64,000 bases of DNA from Octopus sinensis (lineage: Eukaryota), in contig NC_043026.1 of NCBI RefSeq assembly GCF_006345805.1, forward strand, positions 4,526,001 to 4,590,000. The letters are read 5' to 3'. Shown one piece after another: positions 1 through 12,249 of the stretch; position 1 is the first letter of the stretch; the number at the start of each line of letters is the position of its first letter. The position numbers and the translations under genes are program-made. The notes beneath the pieces were generated by a model. The model was not told the DNA's origin and made no database searches. It was given only the letters and a program-made list of their open reading frames with translations.

Positions 1-1150
1 ATCTTATATATAGACCACATTTCTGGCTTTACAGTTTGTTTGTGGGCTAAATCTACATACAGTGCAATAGTTACGTACAGAGAGTTCTACTAAAAGGATA
101 GGTTCTACCCATTATAGATTGATAGGGTTGCCTGGCTTTTCAACAACCATTAATTCTTAGTTTAAGTTTATCTAGGGTCCTTCTAAAGCGGTACGCCAGT
201 TCACCTCCAGGGGTGGTGTCAACGAACATGACACTCTGGTATTTATGGCTATCATACCAAGAGTTGGCCTTCCCTATTTTCTTTTTTGTCCTTTCTATAG
301 TGTTCCATGACTTGTTCCTATAGAGTGGGCAAATCCCATTCCTATCATTACATAATATATTATCAAATTTCTTCATGGCTCCTTTGTATACTCTGATCCT
401 TTTTTATGGCTGTAACCTGAGAACTGCATGCAGTGAATGAAATACTGTATGTGTCTCTTTAATTCTGTAGGCTCGCACATGCGTGACATATTTCTCATTA
501 TTCTGACGAGGTCCGCCATCAAAATATTGAATTTGGCATTGCCCGCAATGGCTGAGTTCCGGTGGATCAGGTATTTGAGGCCATAGGTTTTGCATAGTAT
601 GATTGAAGGATTTGGGTTTTATTTTTCACAATTTCTAGCCAGAGTTCAGTGTCTAGTACTGGTAGTCTATGGTGGGGTGTTTAGTGGGGTAGTCTATTGT
701 GACCTTAATACTCTGGTGGATGGAGTTAGCTATTTGCTGGATGCTCTCCATAGTATTAGTTTCTATTACTATATCAACATTACTCTCTTGTGGCGGTGCC
801 TTTACTACTATATTGATATCATCAACATAGCGAGAGTACATGTTTACGAGTATGGATTTCTGCAGTAGGCATTCTTTAAGCCTTCTGTCCCACCATACCA
901 TGAAGAGGTTGGCCACATCACCAGCGATACTAACACCGATGGCTGCCCCCTCGTCCTGGGCATATATTTTATTATTAAATTTAAATGTGTGGCCTTTTAG
1001 GGTAACTCTTATACTAGCTCCTAGTGCATGTGCGATCATTTTCTTTACCTGATGGACATTTGCGGGGCTCCGTATGGCTCTGGTCCATCCGCGCCATCTT
1101 TCTATATGTGTCTTTCTAGCCATAGAAGTAATTGTAGGCGGTCTACCTCT
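1..1150 (-). mobile_element. Penelope-like retroelement fragment (RT core and thumb), 5'-truncated; 3' end lies outside the window
   Basis: ORF 653-1123 has HTFKFNNKIYAQDEGAAIGVSIAGDVANLFM and YSRYVDDI (PLE-type RT motifs). It continues in shifted frames to the ORF 140-376 (HKYQSVMFVDTTPGGELA). Confidence 0.85.
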
Positions 1151-1292
1151 TAAACATCTACTGGGGCAGTTACTGTTTATACCTCGCTTAGAGATTTATT
1201 ATTGTTATCGAACAGATTTTCGACGCCAGTGACTGTGTTTACAGTGAAAATCTATATATTTCTAGCCTGTGGAGGAAGTCCCTCAACGAAGA

Positions 1293-1355
1293 ACGGTGTT
1301 TGCCATGCGCTGACGAGAGGCAATACCTCGAAACCGGTCTGTGTGTAGCATCCGT
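1293..1355 (+). ncRNA. Minimal type I hammerhead ribozyme motif
   Basis: CTGACGA (1310-1316), stem II GAGG-caata-CCTC, GAAA (1330), palindromic ACCGGT stem III, GTC cleavage triplet (1337-1339), wobble-rich stem I. Confidence 0.8.
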
Positions 1356-1650
1356 TTCTTCGGGGAGGCTGATCTCCCTTTACAGGCTAGCAAGGACACT
1401 GTGATGGTGTCGGCTCTCCTGGTAACGTCTATAGTCGCCTGGGGCTAAATGCATCAGTAACACCCCCCACCACCCCGCCCTGTCCCTAGCCACATTCAGA
1501 TGGCTGGTCCCGCTTATATTACAGAGCAGTTACTGTGTTATACCTCGCTTAGAAATTATATTGTTTATCGAACAGATTTTCGACGCCAGTGACTGTGTTT
1601 ACAGTGAAAATCTATATTTCTAGCCTGTGGAGGAAGTCCCTCAATGAAGA

Positions 1651-1713
1651 ACGGTGTTTGCCATGCGCTGATGAGAGGCAATACCTCGAAACCGGTCCGT
1701 GTGTAGCATCCGT
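1651..1713 (+). ncRNA. Minimal type I hammerhead ribozyme motif (second copy)
   Basis: CTGATGA (1668-1674) GAGG-caata-CCTC GAAA CCG GTC, with stem I CATGCG/CGTGTG. Confidence 0.85.
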
Positions 1714-1869
1714 TTCATCGGGGAGGCTGATCTCCCTTTACAGGCTAGCAAGGACACCGTGATGGTGTCGCTCTCCTGGTGACGTCTATAGTCGCCTGGG
1801 GCTAAATGCATCAGTAACACCCCACCCCCCCCGCCCTGTCCCTAGCCACATTCAGATGGCTGGTCCCAC

Positions 1870-1922
1870 TTATATTATATATATATAATATATATTATAT
1901 ATATATACATATATATATATAT

Positions 1923-1954
<32 letters not shown>

Positions 1955-1960
1955 CTATAT

Positions 1961-2012
<52 letters not shown>

Positions 2013-2135
2013 TATATATATATATATAGATATACATTATATATATATATAGATATATATATATATATAGATATATATATATATAATATATAATAACATA
2101 TATATATAATACATACATATATATATATAATATAG

Positions 2136-2179
<44 letters not shown>

Positions 2180-2351
2180 ATATATATATATATATGTAAT
2201 ATATATATATATAATAAGATATATATATATGTATATATATACATATTATATATATAAAGATATATATATATTACATATACATATATATATAATATAATAT
2301 ATATATAAAGATATAATATATATGTATATATATACATATATATATATATAA

Positions 2352-2398
<47 letters not shown>

Positions 2399-2493
2399 GA
2401 TATATATATATGTATATATATATATAGAATCAATCAATCAATCAATCAATCATATATATATATACATTTATATATATACATATATATATATTA

Positions 2494-2568
<75 letters not shown>

Positions 2569-2594
2569 ATATATATAAAGATATATATATATAG

Positions 2595-2655
<61 letters not shown>

Positions 2656-2690
2656 GTATATATATATGATTGATTGATTGATTGATTGAT
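1870..2690. repeat. Imperfect (TA)n microsatellite tract with short (ATCA)n/(TGAT)n blocks
   Basis: Direct inspection. Confidence 0.97.
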
Positions 2691-2699
2691 TCTAGTTTC

Positions 2700-4520
2700 A
2701 GCTTATGAGCTGTGGCCATGCTGGGGCACTGCCATTTGGTGTGCTACTTGGTTTCACTTCATGGAGGCTTTCTAGCAACTGCTATTTGGTGCATGAGAGA
2801 GTTCGATGCAGCTGCCCTCATCTGCCCCTCCTGCCGTGAAGTTGGTTCATCTGGGACACCTGACAGGAAGAGATCCAGCTTCATTTTAAAGACATCTGTA
2901 TCCACCCCATGCAGTCTCTCAGGTTCTTCGGGAGGATATTGAAGAGCTGTGGGCCTCGGAAGCCCAGGCTATCACAGAATCTTGTCCTACATCTTGATGG
3001 CAGGTTTGGCAGGTTTGGAGTCTAGGCACCACGCAGTGGCGCCCAGTTCTGGCATTTGCGTAACTCTCAATGCCAAAGTTCAGGACACTTCCCTCCAGGA
3101 TTTCCAGATGTATATTATGGCATATCTTTCCCGCCTACGCTCCAGGGAATATAAATTTAATCTCTTGAGTCTTTCCCAGTAGCTTACATTCTGCATAGAG
3201 GCTATCTTCTTCGTGTAGCTTCGTTGGATCGCCTCAAGTTCTGTGATCAACTTGACACTGGATGGTGACCATAGCTGAGAGCAATAGTCAAAGTGGTAGG
3301 ACAAGTGTCTTCCAGAGGACCATCATGGTTTCTTGTTCTCTTGTTCTAAAGGTTCTAAGAATCCAGCCAGCCAGCCGTCTACATTTCATTGTCAGTTTAG
3401 CAACATGTACATGAAAGGTCGCGTCATCACTCATGTGAATACCCAGGTCACGCACTGATTGTGCCTCTGGGATTGCAATCCCTCCGGGTCCAGTGTATTC
3501 ATTGGGTATTGCATTCAGTTTTGCATGCTGATAGTATAAAGCTTGAAACTTTCCAGCATTGAACTGCATGCTATTCTTTTCAGCCCACTTGTATATTTCG
3601 TCCAGCTCACATTGCAGGTGTTTAGTGTCCTCAGGGTTCTGTATTGCCTGTGAAACTTTTGTATCATCTGCATAACTTGTGATCGTGGCTCTCTGCGTGG
3701 CTGAGGGCATGTCTGAGAGGGCCATTATGAACAGTAGTGGTCCCAGAACAGTGCCCTGCGGAACACCGCTCACTTTTGTGTGTTAATGGAGGTGGCCCCA
3801 TTGGTTACTACCACCTGACTTCTATCCTTCAGAAAGTCATGAAGCCATTCTCCCAGTTTTCCAACTATGTTGAGATCACGCAGTTTGTGACATATCATTC
3901 CATGATCGACTTTATCAAGGCCTTTGCAAAGTCGAGATATATCACTTCCACATTTGAGTGGTTGAGCAGCCGTTTCAGCACCCAGTCATAGTGTTGTAGG
4001 AGCTGAGTTAAACAGCTTCTCCCTGGTCGGAAACCATGTTGGGTGTCGGGCAGCAAGTCATTCTCTTCAAGGAAGGTGATCAGCTTCCTTCTGACTATTC
4101 GTTCCATGACCTTGCTGATGTGTGAGGTCAGAGAGATAGGTCTATAGTTCTTGGCTTCCGCTCTGCTACCTCCTTTATGAATGGGGCATATTTTACCTTC
4201 CTTCAGTTTTCTTGGAAGTTTGCCAGCTGCAAGGAAGCTCTGAAAGAGGAACTGTAGTGGTCTTGCTAGGACTCTCTTACATGCTTTTAGGAGGATTGCC
4301 GGGAATCCATCGGGGCCAGTAGCTGAGTCTGTTTTCATTTCATCTATAGACTTGATTACATCGTCTTCCTTTATATCAATGTAATCTATCGTCGCCGCCT
4401 CTGATTTTATATCTGCAGTGGTAAAAAAGTCAGTTGGATTGGTGATTTGGAGATGCCCAAGGGGTGGAGTGAAAACACTCTTGAATTGCTCATTCAGTAT
4501 TTCACTTACCCTCATTACCC
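2700..4520 (-). mobile_element. CR1/L2-group LINE, 5'-truncated ORF2 reverse transcriptase region, frameshifted
   Basis: ORFs 3895-4524 (KNYRPISLTS, QHGFRPGRSC, YLDFAK), 3288-3773 (SGVPQGTVLGPLLF, YADD) and 3080-3304 (DYCSQLWSP, LNLYSLERRR). Confidence 0.92.
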
Positions 4521-4524
4521 TCAT

Positions 4525-4547
4525 ATAAAGATATAAAGATATATATA

Positions 4548-4612
<65 letters not shown>

Positions 4613-4728
4613 ATATATAAAGATATAAAATATATATATATATATTATATATATATATATATATTATAATAATATATATATATAATATATATAGTATATA
4701 ACTTAATATATAACTATATATACATATA

Positions 4729-4797
<69 letters not shown>

Positions 4798-4985
4798 ATA
4801 TATAATATATATAATATATTATAATATATTATAAAGATAAGAATATATATATATATATATATATAATATATAGATATATATATATATATATATATATTAT
4901 AATAAAAGATATAATATATGTATATATAAAGATATAAGTAATAATATATAAGATATATTATATATATAATATATAAAGATATATA

Positions 4986-5019
<34 letters not shown>

Positions 5020-5032
5020 AAGATATATATAG

Positions 5033-5069
<37 letters not shown>

Positions 5070-5128
5070 AAGATACATATATATATATGTATATATATAT
5101 ATACAAGATATATATATATATATATACA
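4525..5128. repeat. Imperfect (TA)n microsatellite tract
   Basis: Direct inspection. Confidence 0.97.
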
Positions 5129-5517
5129 AATTGAGATAGGGGTTGTAAATGCAACCCTCCATGGGATAACATATATCTAATCTACCGCTAGTGAAGTACC
5201 CAACAAAGTTAATACATAAATGTTAATAATTGCGATGCAATGAATTCATCTACTGCATTATATGGCAAAGGTAAAATGTTTTACCACAAATTCATAATAC
5301 AAAATAAGAAAATGGAGAAATACATCTAGATCAAATATCAATTACCAGATAATACCCAATCACATACTTTATTAAACCACCACATAAGAAACTTTAAGGA
5401 CAAACATAATAATGTAGAACAAAATAGTGTACATAAAGGAGTGTACATAAAGGAGTAATGTTATACAATAAGTACAATATGTATAAGAGAATATAAAAAT
5501 AAGTATAAATATAGACT

Positions 5518-5610
5518 ACATCTTACAGCTGTTTCGGCCATGCAGATAAGTATGTCTCGTAGTTATAAATGAGACATTTACAAAAATATCCTAAGGCCTC
5601 TTCGGAGATT
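5518..5610 (-). ncRNA. Variant hammerhead-like motif with long stem II insert (probably a PLE pseudo-LTR remnant)
   Basis: Minus strand reads atct-CCGAAGA-GGCC-[~55 nt with ATGTCTC/GAGACAT hairpin]-GGCC-GAAA-CAGCT-GTA-agat. U4 is replaced by C. Confidence 0.5.
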
Positions 5611-6814
5611 ATGTGATACAAATCAGATTACATACACATTTATATAGGTGTGGGTACATACCCATAATAAAACATATACATATACTCACACTCCTATACA
5701 TATAAATATACATATACATAATGATATAAATAATATAAATAATATAGATCAATAAACATACATATGTTCCACATTCAATGTTACAGTTTTTCAACTTAAT
5801 ATTGTGATAATTACAATGTAGAAAAACATACACATATTAATACCCAAATGCAGATATACAGAGTCAAGAGTACATTATATTAATTCTTAACAATTTCCAA
5901 AATGTCATTAATGTTAGCATCATTATCATTGTCATTACCACTAATGCTACCAATATCATCATTCGTATTATTATTAATAACGCTAATACTAGAAAAACAA
6001 TATATAGACTCCATTATTAGCAATATAGTTACAATAGTACTACAATACCATGCAAAGTGTTAAATATCTGCATATACATTCGAAATATGAAACAAAAGCA
6101 TTCTGTTTACACGACATTAAGATCCACTGGTGCACAGATGTACTTCCGAGTTAAAATTTATAATTTCCAATGTGACAGAAATACACTATTACTTTCAGAA
6201 ATAGATGCGAATCTAGCGCTAAACTATGATTGGCTTATGGATTTGAATTTAAATTACCATTGTCTTTCTTACGGTTGGTTTGTTGTGGAAAAAACTATAC
6301 CAACATTTATACACACACACACATACATACGTACATCCGCACATATACATAAACATATACACTCTCATGTACTGCGTCTGCAAACATTCGCATATACTTA
6401 TATACACATTTAAATATGCATTTGCGTACTCATACGTATAAGAAAAACATATACATATATATCCAACCATGAATATACATATCCATACAAAAACATACAT
6501 ACACATATATATACATATGAATACATTTCGACATATCCACATATATTTACTAAGTTACAAAATATATGTCTGTCATCAAATGGCGTATAGATAAACCAGC
6601 ACAGGCAGGGACAGCTATAGCAACGTTTATACACTCACACACATACTCACACGCACACATCCGCACATATCTAAACGTTTATACACTCTCATACGCTGTG
6701 TCTGCAAACATTCGCATTGACATCCTTACATACCATGAATTACTGCATAAGGAAATTACAAGAAGTATAAAATTGTACCTTTTAATACACTTGGGGCAAC
6801 TAAACTTAGAGAGA

Positions 6815-7025
6815 AATAATGTTTGATTATTATCTGGAGGATAAAACTGAACCTTATACCCCCATGAGACCGAGAATTACACTTAAAGACCATAAGGAAA
6901 ACTTCCTTGGTAACACACAGGTCAGACTGATTTGCCCTACCAAGTCTGCCTTAGGTAAATTGAGTAAACTTATTCTGGACAAATACTTACCGACTATACG
7001 TAACAAGATTATCGTTACACCTGAG
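6815..7025 (+). mobile_element. Penelope-like element fragment (region N-terminal to RT core)
   Basis: ORF 6819-7031 contains RPRITLKDHKENFLGNTQVRLICPTKSALGKLSKLILD, resembling the PLE TLKDHKENF..RLINP motif. Confidence 0.7.
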
Positions 7026-7029
7026 CAAT

Positions 7030-9798
7030 AAATATTGTTGAACACCTGCGGATGTTTGGTGTTCAATATGTCCAGGTATTTGGTAGATATTGTTATCTCT
7101 ACCTGCTATGTGAACGAAACTGCCGTGTGTGGTTAGACAAGGTCTGTAAATACCATACTGTAGTTAGTTTTATACTCCTGACCACTACTCCTCCATCTTC
7201 ACAACAACAATATCAACACCAGGTGTCACTACTATGTCATAAAACACCATCTACCTTCACTTCCCCGCAACAAACTTCCTGACTGCATTCCCATATTCCA
7301 CCATCGATATCAACTACATCTAAATAATAATAGTCGACACATCATCCATCTTCAGTTCTGTCTCTAATATAATGACCACCACACACAAGTTGATTGTCAT
7401 TGCTTTTATAAATACCGTTGTAGTACTTCCCAGCGTTGATGGTTTTTAAACGACAGAGATCTCTGTTGAAAAGCATCATTTCTTTACAAAAGACAACTAT
7501 AAAGCATTCCTCTGTCCACCAACATATGTTCAGTGGTGGTGGTTGTTTATGTTGCAGCATGTCTCCTGTCATTGTGCTGATTAATGTGACACTTTCTCCA
7601 AACATCAATGCACTGACAGTGTCATCCAACTTAATTGGATTACTGTTCCGGTCCCTGTTCTTCAGATATTCATAATTAACTGGTTCATCGAATGTGGCAA
7701 TGGAAAGAGGGACCACTGCTGTTCTATGTGGCAGTCTTCTGCTATTTCATCAGCTGCTGACTTACTTTCCGCTATGTAATTACCACATCTCACCTCTAAT
7801 CTACCTTTATTTATTCATTACTGAATATTTCCTTGTTCGTTTCAGATATAATGGAAGGGAAACGAAGACCAGAATCAAGATTTAATAATGACACAGATTC
7901 CAGAATGTTCACTTGGTCCCCATCAATCTTTATGCAATGACATTCAATCAATTCAATATGTATACATCAGTAAATACCTGCCACTTTTCTCCATATTACA
8001 CCATAAGGGATGAGACTTGACCAAACTTTATATTTCTCCAAATCTTGTTCCTTCAGTGAAATATTTCTCATCTGTTTGGAAGTGTGACCATTATCCCTCT
8101 TTCTCCTGTAAAACACACACCACCAACTAAACTTCCAACATCTCTATGACATAGCAACTCCCCATCTCTATCAAGTATTTTAACATTTCCATTATTGGCT
8201 TTTTCACACACGTCTGTCTTTCCTTCCTCAGAGACATCAAAATCTTTTACTTGAACAGGACAGTCGTCTGTTTGTAAACGACAAACAGGGAATCTCTCCC
8301 GATTAAGCTGAAACAAACCTTCAACATACAATTTATTTCAGTGTCTTCTAATATATCTCGGCCCTTTACTGTTTATACAGCTAAAGCCCACTTTACATAC
8401 ACAAATTCTTTCATTTAAATATATTTTGCTGTGGTCACCAGTCTGTATGAAACACACTATGTTGTTAAATATACCATAGAGATGATATCTTTTCTCATCA
8501 ACTGTTATGTTGCTATGAATACTGATATACTTCATGTAGTGTCTAACTGAATGTAAATACTGACCATCACTACTGAGGAAATTGATGAATTTGTTGTTGC
8601 TAACGAGGATGACATCATTAACAGTCACTGTAATATTGCATATGCCTTCAACATAATCAATAACCTCACCACCTCTCATCAATAATGTCTCGGGTATGTC
8701 TATTTGCTTCATTATACTCACAGTCGAATGGATTTCATCAAAATCAATGACATACAAAGTACGTTCATCTCCATCCCAATTATATACTAGTAGACCATCC
8801 GACAAAGAAGCAATACAATGATATTTATTTCTTGTCTGCTAAATCACCAATGACAATTGAAATTCAACTTTTAATGTCAACATTTGGTTGTCACCATCAC
8901 CAGTTGTAATAACCAGTGGGTTTGACTGCCATCGACACATATTGATGGCAGAGACATTCAGTTTGATAGAATCCAAGAGATGACCATCAAATGTGAATTT
9001 CTTAATGTGTTTTATTTTTCCTGTCGTATATTGCAATCAGGTTGTTTTCAGTAATAACCAAACGAAAAATCTGCACTGGTTGTTTGTCTCGGAAACCTGG
9101 AGATCCTGTAGATAGAATTTAGAAGACAACATTTCACTGACACAGATGTTTCTATAAAATAGATGTGCCATGTCAATATTAAGCTGATTATTTGTAACGA
9201 GATCCTTAACCACCAAATAGTAATCATTTATAACAAACATAGGGATGTTGTCTAACAGATAAACATTTTTATCTATAGAAATTGTGGGGAGGTTTCATTT
9301 GGGACAGTAAAACACTGGAGATCATCTTGTGACCCCTATATGATTAGAACCCCACTAACATATATCTGTGGCTGTAGACGGCAGAGATAATCTGGACACA
9401 ATGTTTGCTTCCTCAGAAATGTACAACAAGCAATCATGCTTGATGTCGGACACCACCAACTGTCCATTGGACAGATTACATATTTCGCCAATGACAATTT
9501 TTTGGTCATTCTCCTTTTCTTTGAGTCGTAGATTTAGATTTCTGATGTAAGGATTTTTAATGGGTAAAAGGCAGGCAGACGACCGGTCTTGATACTTGTA
9601 AAGAAGAAGCCTGTTGAGTTGAGTGTCCGGGACATAAAGTGTTCCTTGGAAAACAGCAATGTGAGGGTGAACAGGGAAAGGCAGTTCCCACTGCCATTTC
9701 ATTTCTCCATATAGATCGTAACATATGAGAATAGAGTGTCTCCTGAAGAGGACATAGAAATAAACATTATCAGAGTAGATGTGAAGAGGGTAGCCATA
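7030..9798 (-). pseudogene. NHL-like beta-propeller paralog B, disrupted
   Basis: Collinear with 44324-47790 of gene A. ORF pieces are 9355-9702, 9037-9240, 8839-9036, 8338-8805, 8068-8331 and 7342-7716. The stops at TGT-TAG-TGG and ATT-TAG are shared with the mirror copy at 62601-64000. Confidence 0.85.
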
Positions 9799-9966
9799 AA
9801 CATCACAGTGGAATGGATTCTTCCCTGTATGAATACGTTTGTGTGTAGTGAAGAGACTGGCTGAAGAGAATGATTTACCACAGACTCCACAACGATCTGG
9901 TTTCTCTCCTGTATAGATATGTCAGTGACTAATTAAGTACTTATAGGAAATGATTCACCACAGATA

Positions 9967-10545
9967 TCAGTCATATGGCTTCTCTCCTATATGGAAACGT
10001 TTGTGAGTAGCTAAGCTGTCACTTTGGCAGAATGATTTACCACAGACATCACAGTGACAAGGCTTCTCCCCAGTATGAATACGTTTGTGTACAGTCAAGT
10101 TATAATTTCGAGAGAATGATTTACCACAGATGTCACAGTCAAATGGTTTCTGCCCTGTATGAATACATTTGTGTTTAGTTAGGGTAATACTTTTAGAGAA
10201 AGACTTGCCACAGATGTTGCAGTGATATGGCTTCTCCCCTGTATGAACACGTATGTGAGTAGTTAAAATACTTTGGTCAGAGAATGATGTACCACAGACA
10301 TTACAGTGATAAGGCTTCTCTCCTTTATGAAGACGTTTGTGTGCCGTCAAGCTACTTTTCTGAAAGAATGATTTACCACAAATGTCGCAGTGAAATGGTT
10401 TCTCTCCCGTATGAATACGTTTGTGCTTATTTAAGTAAGCCTTTTGAGAGAAGGACTTTTTACAGACATCACAGTCATGTGACAATTTCTGTCTCCCTTT
10501 TTCTTCAGGAAAAATCAGTTCCTTTAATTTCTCACTCTTTTCCAT
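9967..10545 (-). CDS. C2H2 zinc-finger array (6 intact fingers), N-terminally disrupted; degenerate fingers continue to ~9799
   Basis: Six CxxC..SF..L..H...H units with TGEKP-type linkers from MEKSEK (ATG 10545). The track ORF start at 10740 lies inside a SINE and is not credible. May be a pseudogene. Confidence 0.7.
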   Translation of the reverse strand: MEKSEKLKELIFPEEKGRQKLSHDCDVCKKSFSQKAYLNKHKRIHTGEKPFHCDICGKSFFQKSSLTAHKRLHKGEKPYHCNVCGTSFSDQSILTTHIRVHTGEKPYHCNICGKSFSKSITLTKHKCIHTGQKPFDCDICGKSFSRNYNLTVHKRIHTGEKPCHCDVCGKSFCQSDSLATHKRFHIGEKPYD

Positions 10546-10584
10546 TATGTTTCTTCGAAAATCACAATATATATATTTTTTTCT

Positions 10585-10975
10585 TTTATTTGTTTCAGTC
10601 ATTTGACTGCGGCCATGCTGGAGCACTGCCTTTAGTCGGACAAATCGACCCCGAGACTTATTCTTTTTAAGACCAGTACTTATTCTATCGGTCTCTTTTT
10701 GCCGAACTGCTAAGTGACAGGGACGTAAACACGCCAGCATCGGTTGCTAGGGGAACAAACACAGACACACAAACACACACACATAGATATATATATATAT
10801 ATATACATATATACGACAGGTCTCTTTCAGTTTCTGTCTACCAAATCCACTCACAAGGCATTGGTCGGCCCGGGGCTATAGCAGAAGACACTTGCCCAAG
10901 ATGCCGCGCAGTGGTACTGAACCCGGAACCATGTGGTTGGTTAGCAAGCTACTTACCACACAGCCACTCCTGCCC
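10585..10975 (-). mobile_element. tRNA-derived SINE inserted into the zinc-finger 5' region
   Basis: Head AGTGGCTGTGTGGTAAG..GGTTCAGTACC (A/B-box-like), TTGGGCAAGTGTCTT core and CCAGCATGGCCGCAGTCAAATGACTGAAAC tail. Related copies occur at 19000, 30940, 52480, 53965 and 61365. Confidence 0.85.
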
Positions 10976-12249
10976 CTATATATTTTCATTTTGCTTCTAT
11001 AGTCTTTTGTTTCCAAATATTTGGATTACTGTATTTCTATCCAGTGTTACCTTTGTCACGTTTTGTGACTAAATTTATCCACATTTAATCTGAAAACAGG
11101 CTCATCTTGTAGACACTCCAGCCAGTGATGTCCAGAAGGTTTGCTAATAATACATTTCAGAATAAATATATCAGAGGAATTCTGCCATAGATTTAGAGAA
11201 ACAATCTTATATATCTGTTCTGTACAATATTTCCATTTTGGTCTTTAAAAAGATGATAAATAATGAGAATGTATCTTCAGTTATGCCAATGTCATCTGAT
11301 ATTCTGAAATAATAAAGAAACAACAGTGTAAGATAGAGAGGCTACTTAAAAAATACAGATTCATCATTTCTATAGAGATAAATTGTAGAAATAAACATTT
11401 ACTTGAACAAAAGAACTTTTTAATTTATTAAAATTTACATGAGAAAATCTTGAGTGAAGCTAATGTGTTTGTAAACTCCAGCTACACATTCACATTCATA
11501 TATATATACACTCGCAGCTATGCGCAGTTTCACCCGGTCTGTTTGGATGATGTGGACGGGATCATTTTCAGTTAGGCCTAATCTATAACAGTGTTTCTCA
11601 ACCTTATCATTTTGGGTCCCCTGTTTCGATTGGAGCCTCCAGCTGTATGAAAATTTCCTGACCCCCACTGCCCCTTGTCAGAAAACAGCTTCAGGTGTTG
11701 TGAAGAATGAATTTGTACGTAGTCTGTTTCTGAGAGCTATTCTATTGGACGTCTGTCTAATCATTAAAACATTGATTTAATTATGAACATAGGAAGAAAT
11801 TATACGTTAATCCCTATTTTTGTAAGTAGTTGTATCCATAATAATTTTATTTGCAGAGAGCAGAAATTGAAAGAACATACATGAAATGGACGTGTGTGTG
11901 TTTCCGGCTAATTTGGTGGATGTTTTGCAGTGGTTTGTGTTTATCTCTCGAGTCAAATTGTTGTTAATTTGTCTGTAATAGCCCGGACAAGTCGAAATGT
12001 CTTTGTTTTTTTACTCCTTCACCTTTACTGGTCAAACGAGCCAGGAGCCATTCTCTGGTAAGTTGAAATAAAAACAATAAGAATATTTTAATAAGTTTTA
12101 GCTTCAGTTTATATTTTATATGTTACCAGACAGTGTGTTTATAGTTAATTAAGTATACTAACACAGGTGCCTCCCTCCTAACTTCCAGAAAAAATTGATA
12201 TTTTTTAATGAAATTTTCAACAAATACATTTCAGATGGTGTGGATTTCC

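Larger units (their letters stand above)
1164..1867 (+). repeat. Two tandem ~358-bp direct repeats (PLE pseudo-LTRs, inverted relative to the adjacent RT)
   Basis: GCAGTTACTGT..TATACCTCGCTTAG starts at ~1166 and ~1526, and CAGATGGCTGGTCCC ends both copies. Each copy holds a hammerhead motif. Confidence 0.85.

Noticed and set aside
1870-5172. Ile/Tyr-rich ORFs (e.g. 1870-2433, 4554-5162)
   Set aside because: They are translations of (TA)n microsatellites.
10546-10740. N-terminal extension of the 257-aa ZNF ORF
   Set aside because: It runs through SINE sequence from a non-ATG start.
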